Assembly: GCF_018350175.1 (NCBI RefSeq)
Contig: NC_058368.1
Location: 38,132,001-38,196,000, forward strand
Direction of reading: 5' to 3'
DNA from: Felis catus
Lineage: Eukaryota
DNA length: 64,000 bases
Below, piece by piece: positions 25,390-36,736 of the stretch (its first letter is position 1; the number at the start of each line of letters is the position of its first letter). Both the position numbers and the translations under genes were made by a program. The notes below the pieces were generated by a model. The model made no database searches and was not told where the DNA came from. It worked only from the letters and a program-made list of their open reading frames with translations.

Positions 25390-26480
25390 AGTAATGGAGA
25401 AGACTTGAAAGTATTTCCCATTTTATTGGTTTGGTTGAGTTAATAACATGAATATATTATTTTTTCTAAGATAAATTTATAAATTCAATGCAATTTCAAT
25501 CCAAATTTCAGCTGGAAATAAAGAACTCTATAAAATTGCTCTAATATTTATCTGATAAACAGTTCATAAACATCCAAGTTAAACTCTTTTGAAATGTGAT
25601 TTCTTAAACAAGGCCCTGAGGGTACAAACCATGAAGAATAAAATTTATAGATGGTTAAATTAAAATTAAGGATTTCTGTTCAATGATGCCAAGATAGAAT
25701 TGACACATGACATATTTAGAGAAGATATTTGCAATACCTAAAACCAATAAGGGCTAATATCTAGATTATATAAAAACTCCTAAATCCTATAAGGAAAAGG
25801 AAGAACCAACAGAGAATAAGTAAAAACAAAAACAAAAACAGAACCTAATTCATAAAAAAATGAAGGTGAAGTGTAAAACAAAAATAGAGCTTAAACCCAT
25901 TCCATTAATTAATGTATTAAAGCAACATTGCTCTATTCTTTGAATTCTTCAGATTGGTAAAGTTATGGAATTGGATAATGCCATGTATTGTCAGGGTGTG
26001 GAATGTAGAAGCTTCATGCACTGCTGGCAATGAAAAAGGCTAATGCAATCATTCTGGAAAGCCATCTGGCAGTATTTGGTCAAATTAAGCATGTGAACAC
26101 TATGATCCAGGAATCTTATTTTTTGGAACTTACCCAGAGAAATTCTTACACATAGTAATAAGAGTGTATATACTATTATAGATTGCGGTAGTGAGGCATG
26201 AGAGAAAATCTAGTTGCCCATCCCAAGGGCAATGGATAAGGACAATTTAATGAAGCATATGGTTGAACACTGTTGATATTCGTAAGCAATATGGGTAGAT
26301 ATTTTAAAATTCATTTAAGTATAAAAGCAAATAAAATTATGGGATCTATTACACAGTGCAATTAAACTAAAACTCCTAAACAATGTTTAAAGAACAAATA
26401 AAAGTATCTTTATAAAATGCAATAGAATAGTTGACCCTGAAGGGAAAATAAAAGGACATTAGGATAGGGAACAAATAGCA
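25390..26480 (+). mobile_element. Ancient L1 (L1ME-type) ORF2/3' fragment
   Basis: TATAAATTCAATGCAATTTCAATC...AAAATTAAGGATTTCTGTTCA...CATGCACTGCTGG...CTATGATCCAGGAAT. Confidence 0.7.
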
Positions 26481-29400
26481 AATAAATGTGACTATTGACT
26501 AGTGAGGTACAAAAAAAATTAAAAGACCCTTTTCCTAAGTGACTTTCCTGTCTCACAAATTTGGATCTCAGACTCTAAATCCAAAACGTATTCCAGTGTA
26601 GCAAATGGGGATCTTAGGAATCTACATCTGATTATTACCTACCAGAACTGATGAGATTGTGTCCTCCAATAACCAGTAAGAAAGCTCCCTGTGGTGTAAA
26701 ATTGGAGATGTTTTTCTTTCTTTTCATTTTTCCTTCCCTCCCTTTCTCTGTCTTTCTCCTCCCTGTCTCTCCCTGTCTCATTCTTATTTTATTTATTCCT
26801 TTATTTTACAATTTAATATTTTGTGGTGGTGTAGATCGGTTACAGCAGTGGGAAGTTTTTTTAGACTCATGCAGGTTGGAAAAACAACATGATACTTTGA
26901 TTCCAGAATATCTGCTTATGCATCCCAGCAGAGCTTAGATGTGGGCAAATACAACGAATTATTTAGACAATAGGCCTGGGAATTGGTTAAAGTATGAAAT
27001 AAGCACCAGATAAAGTGGGGAAATAACTGGACTATTCCTAACTGTAGTGACAGTTCTGGTAAACCAAAACAAAAACAGCTAAAGTGGAATAAAGATGGAA
27101 ACTAAAACAAAGGAAAGTAAATAGTATGGCTTCTTCCACTTAATGGAAAACCTTCTGATGCTTTTGTTGTTGCTACTTGAGCAGAAGTGATATTTATTCA
27201 TATGACAAGTTGCAACTCTCCATAACCCGAAAGACTCTACAGGTAGATAGGGACCATAACCTGGTAAACAAAATAGTTTGTATTCTGTTAAAGAGTTGGG
27301 GCAATTTAAAGAGGAGTACTAGCAGACCAGTGCATTATTGCTAATGTGAATTCTCAGAATAAATGATCAGTAGAGTACATCGCTTATCTTAGATTCTTCC
27401 TAAATGGAAGGAATTATTGTATTCCCAATATGGGTACAAACTCTTGTGAGTAGACACTTCTAGACTGCATTACAATTAACTAGTTGCAGTGGGTGAAGGT
27501 GGAAATCTAGCAAATTTACCCTGGGACAGTCAAACTTCTCTATTCCCTCTCCAGCTAAAAAAATAATGTGTTCTTTCCACAACAGTAGGAATGTTAAGGA
27601 CAGAGACAGAACTATACCAACAATGTGATACTAAGAGATAGACTTTAATTTGGCACTAATGATACAAACCATGCATCCCCAAATCTCTGTTACTTTATGT
27701 AACTTGGCTTTGGGAGTGGCAAGAAAATGCACAGGAGTAGCCAGCATACATGTTTTAGATGATCAGTAAAAATTGGTACTATCTGCACTTCAACAACCTC
27801 CTTCTTAAAAGGGGAACATTAAAGCAAAAATAAAGAAAAGAAGGAAGGACTAAACCAGGTGAAATTATTTAAGTGGCTATTAGAAAATGAAATTAAAAAT
27901 GAAAGAAAATTGACAGTGTTGTTATTAAGAAACGGTGGCATATCATCAATGGTTGAGTGGTTGAAACAAACTTCAACTCTAGTCATAAGATTTGCTTCAT
28001 TTATCCTACTTTGGATTCATTAAAATTTCATTATGAGAATCACAAATTAGACAAAACAGTTGATGAGGGGCTAAATCCCCCCACCACCATTTTTAAATAG
28101 AAAACCATCTGAGAACAATTAACTGAAGGCAGGGATCTTCTAGCAAAACACCTGAGAGGAGGAGTCAAGGTCTTAGATGATGGCATATGAAAAATGTTTA
28201 TGAGGAATACGCAAAACTTGTGGAGATGACTGGATATAGGCATTTAACATGAAGTACACATTGGGAATAGACAGAAAAAAGACCCAAAGGTAAAATGTGC
28301 AGAGTACAGATGTTCTCTAGTGGATAATTGAAACATATGACAGGATATATTTTGTGTTATGTCACCATTACATTAGAGTATAATTGAGACCATGTGTGCA
28401 AATGGAGAGATCCAAATGTACTATTTTTAAATTGGAGGTGAGCCAAATTTACCCTTGACCTGATTAAAATTGGACATTTGGAAACCTTCGGCATTTCCCT
28501 ATCTTCTCTAATAAATATTAACTGATATAGAATTCTGGGAAGGCAACAACAGATTATTCCTCCAATTAAGAAAGGGACTGAAGTGGGAGTAATGATTTCC
28601 ACTAACTAACTTTTTAACAACTCCATCTTGTAGATGCATAAGGCAGTTGTTTCATAGAGACAGACAAGAAGGCTCTTGGGATCAAACAAAACAATTTCCC
28701 TGAGGGATTTGTCTGGAACAGATATGGTAAAACCTATATAACAAGAAATGCAACAAGACAAGGATTATTGATATGTTGCAATAGAGGTGAGTAGGCCCTT
28801 TGTACCCATTCTTTTTTTTTGTAATATAGTAAAACATTACCCACATTTATGTGGAGTGGACTTCAGTACACTTTCACAGTTTCCCCAAAGGTACATTTAA
28901 TTCACTGGCATACTGTCATAAAGAAGTACATCAGCACTTAGACTTTAAAGTCATTAGAATCAATTGATGCACTGAGTTGAAAACATAATGATAATTCTTC
29001 CACAGACAGGAAAGATAGAAGGACAGTAGTGACATCACCCATGTGACAAAGACTGGCTGATTTAAGTAGACAAAATCTAAGATCTAGAGAGTCGGTGAAA
29101 TGTTGGACAATTATAATGAGCTTGGAGTATCTCTCCAAACATGAGAAATTGATCACTATTGTTTACAACCATATAAGAAGTACAGACAGAGACTTATGGG
29201 ACCATTTGTGTTCTGGTGAATCACATCTCTCATTTAGTGATAATGCTGGACCCTATGCAAAAAGTCCTGAGACTTTAATGAAATCTATATTTGAATGGGG
29301 CCTGAAAATAAATATCTATTAAAAGATTTAAAAGGATCATGGCTCAAACATTGCTTGTACGACCTTGTGATCCAAACACTCAATTAATTTTAAAAGTTTC

Positions 29401-30679
29401 TGCAATTAAAAAGAGTAAAGAATGGAGCCTTTGGCAGAAATTGAAAGCTATACCTCAGTAAAGATTGAATTTTGGGTTTGAAATATGCCCGTTGTAGCCA
29501 CTCAATACAGTTGTTTTGAAAGAATTGGTAGCTGTTACTGGGCACACAAAGAGACTACTTTAACATAAAAGGATATCAGAAAACCCTGAGAATAGGAAAA
29601 CAGACAGCAGTTCAAGATCCAAGATCATCTGATAAGAAATGTTCATGTCCTTTATGAAAAGCCTGCTTCAATGATGGAGATCCCAAGATCTTCCTTCTCA
29701 TATTGCTACATGGTTTGAACCACATTTTCCCTCATAACCAAGGAAAAGAGGCTTGTTGATTATGAGAGTCCCTGGATTGGAGGTCATGCTTTTGCTTAGA
29801 AATCAATGAAAATAAGCCCTGTAGTTTGTCAAGTTTTGGTGAAGGAAGGTGGGAGTAATTGTAAACGTATACCATAGGTACAGCTGAGTGCCTCAGTGTT
29901 GAGCAGTGTAGGTATATATTCTCAGAAAAGTGTTAAAATATTTACAGATTTTTTTAGACTAGATACAAATGTCTTGATATGCGCTCTAGCAAATGGACCA
30001 TAGATGATTGGACACTACCAGTGTGGGGTATTCAGTTATGGAAGTTCTTATGGAAATGTAGAGGTAGAATTAAGACTCAGTACTTAGCACAGAAGGAGAC
30101 TTTAGGTGATTTGATTTTATATTCGTATGACATATGATTTTATATACATATAAAAAGTAACAAACACCTGTGTTAGTGAAATAAGGTGGCACAATGGTGT
30201 TCAAGCAATCCAAAAGTAGGCCAGGTAATGAAATATTCCTAATTCAGTGAACCATTGTTGTGTTAAAAGATTATACTTAGTATCATCAGCAAATAAAGTG
30301 CCCAAAGATGGCTTAAAGAATTCCTTGATGTCAAAGACCTGCATAGGATGACAGGTGAATTATGTCCAACCTCACTGCCCAAAGGACAATTTCATAAGGC
30401 AATTTTTAATTTGGGGTGCATTGTTTATTTTCAAATTGCACACATTCCCTAAATTCCCAGTGACAAAAATATATATGATAGTTTAATTAGCCCTAGCTCC
30501 AACAGGCCAAGCAGTAGTGTTAGGAACAGAATACAGAATTCTGAATTACACCCAAATTAAAATGCTAGAAGCCTGTCATCATGCTGAAAAAGGTTTGCTA
30601 ATCTTAATATGTACATTAATGGGGGCTCTCTTCCAAGATTGGTTATGTCTGGTTGTCAGTATGGAAATAAAATAAAACA

Positions 30680-30908
30680 GGGGCACCTGGGTGACTCAGT
30701 CAGCTAAGCGTCCAACTTCAACTCAGGTCATGATCTCTTGGTCTGTGAGTTTGGGCCCTGCACCCAACTCTGTGATGGCAGCCTGAAGCCTGCTTCAAAT
30801 TCTGTGTCTCCCTCTCTGCCCCTCCCCCGCTCTCTCTCGCTCTCTCTCACTCTCTCTCAAAAATAAACATTGAAAAAATTTTTAAAAACTTAAAAAAATT
30901 ATTAAAAA
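30680..30908 (+). mobile_element. Can-SINE
   Basis: Sense SINE; TSD ATAAAACA(G). Confidence 0.93.
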
Positions 30909-31020
30909 TATAAAACAGTTTTTGATGTATTAAACTTGTTGATAGGACAATGCTGCGAGAGGGTATGGACCCTCACTAAAAGAACTAATAACTATTTTAA
31001 CCTTTATGAAATCTATATTT

Positions 31021-31236
31021 GTTTTATTTCTTTTTAACTTTTTAAATGTTTGTTTACTTTTTGGAGAGACAGATAGCATGAGTGGGGGAGGGGCAGAGAG
31101 AGAGGAAGACAAAGAATCTGAAACAGGCCCCAGGCTCTGAGCTGTCAGCACAGAGCCCTACACAGGGCTCAAACGGGGAGATCATGACCTAGGCCGGAGT
31201 CGGACGTTTAACAAACTGAGCCACCCAGGCACCCCT
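31021..31236 (-). mobile_element. Can-SINE
   Basis: TSD AAATCTATATTT at 31009-31020 and 31238-31249. Confidence 0.93.
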
Positions 31237-32374
31237 CAAATCTATATTTTGAAGATCAATGGCCAGAAATGCTAGAGATCTGAATGGTAGGTTGTTCATT
31301 TACAAAATATGAATACCATGCTGAAATTAGAGCAGAACATTACTTAGGAGTGAGGTCTATAAATTGTTCTCTATGAATTCAGGTACTATAAATATAGGAG
31401 AACTTATATTTTTCATGGTTTAATTTCATTCATTTCAGGAATGAAGGGCCAATGCTATGTCTTTCCTTTGGGGCTAAGTGAGGCGTGTTGCTTAATTAAC
31501 GGTAACTGGAAGCCTGAGTTGGAAAGAGCTTAATTTATCATATCTGACATATGACTATCTCTAGAAATAGAATCCAGAATTTAGTGAAAACTGGCTTCTA
31601 GGTATAATTGCAGGCATTAGACATGTAGTTTCTGTGGAGAAAGAATAGAAAATGATACTGTATCATGCATGAGTGTTAAGCTTTTAAAAATCTTTCTGCC
31701 ATACCTGTAGTATAGAATGAAATTTGGTTAATTCTAATTGACTAAATGAAAATAGAAACTATGTAGATTATGATCTCAATTATTAGACAATATTTGGGGG
31801 GGGGTCTATTTTGAAAACCTTAAATGTTACAATACCTATGAAAAATGGCCAGAAAAAAAAAAAAAGTATATTTGGTCTCAGAAGATTACAAATTAAACCA
31901 ATCATCTAGACATATAAAAAGTTTCAAGTAACTGTGGATTATAGCAAAAAGAGAATATTCTCATAAAAGTAATCTAAATAAGGGTTGTGGTCACAATTAA
32001 AAAGATTTATGTAAAGAATTTACACTTATTGGTTACTGGTAAATGTTGGGTTAAGAGTATATTGATTCCTTTGTAATGTTCTCTTTGTTAGCAATCGATT
32101 TGTCTAGGGTTTAATCAGCTTAAGAATCTCCAGTTATGTTTAATAATTTGTTGTTTCCTAAGTATGTCATGTGTGCCCTTACTTCCAGGTCTCTTTAGCA
32201 CTATGATATTTCCTAGAAAGATTCTGATCTTTTTGCCCCACCATGTCTGAAGCATTCTTCAAATCAACTCCTCATGGAAGCTTTACCTATCCCTGAGTTT
32301 GGGTTATGTGTAGTTTTTATTTGCTTCTCTACAACTATAATCAATTCTAGTCCAAATCCCCATTTACTTCTTCA

Positions 32375-32560
32375 TCTTGATTTTTGGACCAGAGTGCCGT
32401 GTAATTCACAGACTACAGCATCAAAATCACATGGGAGGTAATTTAAAAAAAAATATGTCCTTGGATCTCACCTTAGACTTATTAAATCAGAAACTCTAGA
32501 GCCTGGGAATTGGCTCTGGTGATTCTTATAAGCACTAATATTTGAAAAACCTTTGCTCTA
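32375..32560. mobile_element. MER5-type DNA transposon
   Basis: CAGCATCAAAATCACATGGGAG...AGACTTATTAAATCAGAAACTCT...GGTGATTCTTAT..GCACTAATATTTGAAAAAC. Confidence 0.75.
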
Positions 32561-32688
32561 CTCTATGCTCTCTTAAGCAGCCTATGGATGAAGCTTTCTG
32601 ACATAAAGTTCCGTAAGACTATAGAGCTTCAACACTTCAACCAATTAGTTTCCTGTTGGATCAGACTTCGCAAATATCAGTGTTTTAT

Positions 32689-32730
32689 AATTCCTTTAAT
32701 AGGAATAACAATTCCTTTAATAGGAATAAC
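32689..32730. repeat. Perfect 21-bp tandem duplication of a hairpin-containing unit
   Basis: AATTCCTTTAATAGGAATAAC x2; each unit contains ATTCCT-n5-AGGAAT. Confidence 0.95.
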
Positions 32731-33331
32731 AATAATAAAGTAGCATAGGCTGCAGTGTTTATTATATCATGTGCTGTGTTTTAAGCACAAACACACATCT
32801 AGGAATGAGTTACTGTGATTTACGTTTTTTGTTACTATAAATCAAAGAAAATTTAATAATTACATATAAGCAAAAATGGAAAAACAAATATTAAAATTAG
32901 CAATATTAATTCAATGGAATAAATCTACTTCATTAGCATGAAATTGCTGAATGCAAAATAAATCTGATAAAATTGACAGTTGGGCACAACTTCTTTTGAG
33001 CTTACCATGATTAATGCTGAGGCTTATGATGGTTCTCAGTCTTACTCAATTTTTAAAATATAAAATACCATGAAACTTTCATTTGGATAGAAAAACACAA
33101 TAGATTTTGGTCTTCCTTGGCCAGAATACTAACTTATTTGCCAAATATTTTTTGTTAAATTAAAACTATTTAAAAATTTTAATTATAAAGTTTTTTTGTC
33201 TGTTTAGAGGAACTGCCATTTTATTGGAAGCCCCGTTGTGGGTCTGGAGAGCCAGTCTTTCACTGTGAGCCCTACTAAGGAATAGATTTGGGGGGTACAC
33301 CTGCTGAGACGGGTCTGGAGTTCCACATTAT

Positions 33332-33549
33332 GAAATTTTTTAAAAATGTTTTTATTTATTTTTGAGACAGAGAGAGACAGAGCATGGGCAGGGGAGGGGC
33401 AGAGAGAGAGGGAGACACAGAATCTGAAGCAGGCTCCAGGCTCTGAGCTGTCAGCACAGAGCCTGACATGGGGCTCGAGCTCACGGACTGTGAGATCATG
33501 ACGCGAGCTGAAGTCGGACGCTTAACCGACTAAGCCACCCAGGCGCCCC
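33332..33549 (-). mobile_element. Can-SINE (SINEC_Fc-type)
   Basis: Antisense SINE; flanking CCACATTAT repeat at 33323-33331 and 33556-33564. Confidence 0.95.
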
Positions 33550-33564
33550 AAAGGCCCACATTAT

Positions 33565-34410
33565 AGCCTCACCATCCAGAGCAGGCAGGTCACCTTGGCA
33601 CTCCTAGTCCCCATCCGGCTCCCAGGCCCGGGAAAAGCAGAGCAGAGCCATGGAGGGGGCCTAGAACCAAAAGCGCAAGGCTCAAGCACCGCTCGAATGT
33701 CCAACCAAACCCCAAGCCTGTGCTGCTCCTTTTAAGGAAGGGCCGCAGAAAGGAGTCTGCCAGACATGGACTGGCCTATAGCTGGAGGGAATGCAGGACT
33801 AGGGGTGGAAAAAGAAGAGGCTGTCAGGAAAGGAGCCACAGAAACAAAGATAAAGCCAGGAGAGCACAGGAGAGTTCCCAGCAGGAGGCGGGGATGGTGA
33901 AGGGGCGGGCCCGGCCACGTTTGAGTAGCTCCAAGCAGGATGGAACCAGTTCTGCAGATGCTGCCCACTGTTCCGTGCCTGGGGCTCACCTCCAAGGAGT
34001 AGCGCCCAATCTTCTCACACACAGGTGAGCAGGGAGCGGCAGTAAAAGGGGAGGGGGTGGCAGGGTCCCTGGAAGGGCGACAGTTCTTCCCCCAACTCCA
34101 GTCCCACCCGCCAGCCAGCCAGTTGGCTTTGAGAGTGTAAATTGTGCGCCATTTTTTCCCATTACTGCCAACAATTTTCCTGGCAGACGTTTGCTCTCCC
34201 TGCCCACTGCAGTCCACCTGCTCGGTCCAGGGTCCCAGGTTCACTCGCAGAAGCAGATGGCGTGGATGGCGTGGTGCTTCTGACAGCGCGGAGTCACCAA
34301 TCCTCAGTGAATCAAACTAAAGTTTAGAGCAGGGACACACCGGGGTGGGCTTCCCAGTTTGTTAGGACGCAGCAGGCTTTCGGGGTGACCTGCATGTCAC
34401 CCTGAGTTGA
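33565..34410 (-). promoter_or_regulatory. Candidate GC-rich promoter / first exon
   Basis: Only non-repeat GC/CpG-enriched island in the window; GC box 33902-33909, CCAAT 34006 and 34297, YY1-type CGCCATTTT 34147-34155, minus-strand donor GAG|GTGAGC at 33990/33989. Confidence 0.55.
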
Positions 34411-34429
34411 GAAGAGGAGAGTGTGCAGA

Positions 34430-34985
34430 TCAAGGCAGCTAGAGTTTTAGAGCTGCATACTCTAAGGTAAACTATACATGAAAAGAGCCTCAGATAGGTG
34501 GAGAATCCCTCTCAAGTATGCAGCGGAGTACTAATTCACACGCATTTGAGGGAAATACCTGAGGCTGGGAAAAGAACCACCTGATACATCTTTAGAGAAA
34601 ACAATCTCCAGAGCTCAAATAGAGCAACGAGTAGTTTGTGTTTCACGGAGGTGTAAAAATGTTAATAAATCTTGGGCCATTGAGTAGAGTACTAAGAAAG
34701 GTATTGCCTCAGTAGTGAAATAAAACTAGCCAAGACTAAAGACTTGCTCTGGCCTTATGTGAGGTTCAAACTACTTCCAAGTAACCCAACTGGGTTGAAA
34801 TGAAACCTCAAGAATAATTTAGGTATGTAAAAATATTCGGTGCTCAAAAAGGTGAAATCCAGTGTGTCTGGCATTCAGTCAAAAATTACCAGTCAAGCAA
34901 AGAAGGATGAAAGTATGACCAAAATGAGGAGAAATTAAAGAGACCAGAAATGAGATACCAAAATTAACTATGGGCTGAATATTAT
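34430..34985 (+). mobile_element. Ancient L1M 5' region fragment
   Basis: GAGAATCCCTCTCAAGTATGCAGCGGAGTACT...GAGGCTGGGAAAAGAACCACC...TCTGGCATTCAGTCAAAAATTACCAG. Confidence 0.6.
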
Positions 34986-34992
34986 TAACATA

Positions 34993-35065
34993 TCTCTCTA
35001 TCTCTATCTCTATCTCTATCTCTATCTCTATCTCTATCTCTATTTCTATCTCTATATCTCTATCC
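34993..35065. repeat. (TCTCTA)n microsatellite
   Basis: Direct read. Confidence 0.95.
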
Positions 35066-35225
35066 AAATCTATCTATAGATAGACAGATATCTCTGCCAA
35101 ACCATATCTATGATACCGTTGTATTTATTGTTTACGTAAGTTATTGCCACAACAACATGTAGGCAGTTTAAATGTCTTTTTGAATAATCAGGTTTCATAT
35201 GTTCAATCTATTAAAAATCTATTTA

Positions 35226-35449
35226 GGGGTACGTGGGTGCCTCATTCAGTTAAGCCAGCTACTTTTGATTTTAGCTCATGTCATGATCTGACAGTTGGTG
35301 GGATTGAGCCCCGTGTTGGGCTCTGTGTTGACAGTATGGAGACTGTTTGGGATTCTCTCTCCCTCTTTCTCTGCCCATCCCCTGCTCACTTACGTGAATG
35401 CTGTCTCTCAAAGTAAATAAATAAACATTAAAAAAAAAACAAACAAACT
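35226..35449 (+). mobile_element. Can-SINE
   Basis: Sense SINE with A-rich tail. Confidence 0.9.
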
Positions 35450-35464
35450 ACCATTTAAGAATAT

Positions 35465-36736
35465 GCACATGTGGGAGGGTGGGTGGGCAAGGGTCACCAG
35501 TGATGACCCCAGGCAAAGCTGGTGCTCCTGCCCCAGTGCCCAACTGGTTGGATCTGCTTAGGCATGATCTTGGCGACCCTCATCTTCAACACCATGGGAA
35601 GCCAAGGCTTTCCAAGTTCTACAAGCCCTACAGAGAAGATACACGACAGCCAGTCATCAGGGAGACATTCTATTTAGTATCTAAGAGAGAGGAAAATGTA
35701 ATTTCTTAGAAGGAGAATTGTTAATTGGAGGATCTGACAACAAACTGATTTATAGACATTATGCAACATTATACTTTGTCTTCTATGTGGATTCTTCACA
35801 AAGTGAACTTGGCATTTTAAATCCAATTCAATCACCCAGGAAGCCCAAGATTCATGGATCTCTTACCATGTGTATACAGATCTGACCCCCAAACCCACCA
35901 ATCCCTGCTTCTTGAAAATCTTTCATAATGTCCTTAGAACTCAAAGTATTTGTGGAAACATTAGACAAGCGTTTTGAAAATGTCTGTGAACTGGATTTAA
36001 TTTACAATGTAGGCAAGGTTCACAATATTCTTGCAGAAATGGTGATGGAGTGAATGGTATTGGAGACAAAAATGAATGAGATTGTTACAGAAATTCATGA
36101 ACAAAATAAACTGGAGAAATCTGAGGCTGGCTTTGCAGGATCTCTAGCCTGTGCTGTATCAGCTGTAAAAAATATGAATCTTCCTGAGATCCCAAGAAAT
36201 ATTGACACTGCTGATAGCAGTATAAAAAAGAAATATTGATATTGCTGATACCAAACCTGCCCTTTATTTAAAATAAAAATTAAAAAGGCCACTCCCAGAT
36301 AAAATCCAGGGGAAAAGTCATTTAAGTTTACCATGCAGTTGTTTACCAAAAATAGAAGAGGAGAGTCTTAACTTTTGCTCTTGGATTGAAGTCCAGATAC
36401 TGTATAGAAGTTGTGTGAAATCAGTATGGAAGCTGAACGTTGCTTTTTTTGCTCAGTGATTTTGAAGAAACTGAGTAGTACCCCTGTGATATTTCTCTTT
36501 CTTTTCTGAACTACATTCCCATATCCACCTAAGGCATGCCTCTATGGACTGACTACTACAGTATTTCAAAAAGTGTTTGAGACATTTCTTTAAATTATGT
36601 CCTTTAAACAATCCAAATGTTTTTTGTATGGTTCACAAGAGCAGCATTCCACAGTTCTTTCTGTCATTTGTTACAATTGTTATTTAAAAAACCAAGTATG
36701 TATTGCGTGAAAACATTATGACCTTTGTCTCTCTTT
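35465..36736 (+). pseudogene. AP3S1: Processed pseudogene of AP-3 complex subunit sigma-1 (5' UTR, disrupted CDS 35564-~36276, most of 3' UTR)
   Basis: HGKPRLSKFY..ETFYLVSKREENV, LLIGGSDNKLIYRHYATLYFVF, VFVETLDK.FENVCELDL, MVLET.MNEIVT..NKLEKSEAG..AVSAVKNMNLPEIPRNI are contiguous without introns; frameshifts and a TGA at 36051. Confidence 0.96.

Larger units (their letters stand above)
26830..31900 (+). mobile_element. Highly degraded ERV-L-class internal region (pol: RT, RNase H, integrase traces)
   Basis: EVGVMISTN*LFNNSIL (28580), FMWSGLQYTFTV/PKGTFNSLAYCH (28846-28919), H*VENIMII (decayed YIDD), YSCFERIGSCYWA (29506), *QVNYVQP (30349); outer boundaries uncertain. Confidence 0.7.

Noticed and set aside
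33732..34244. Longest ORF in the window (170 aa, minus strand)
   Set aside because: No recognisable protein, it reads through a strong splice donor, and a long ORF is expected by chance in GC-rich promoter-like DNA.
35479..36239. AP3S1-like ORFs as a functional gene
   Set aside because: Intronless, with frameshifts near the start and at ~35700, an in-frame TGA, and a disrupted C-terminus.
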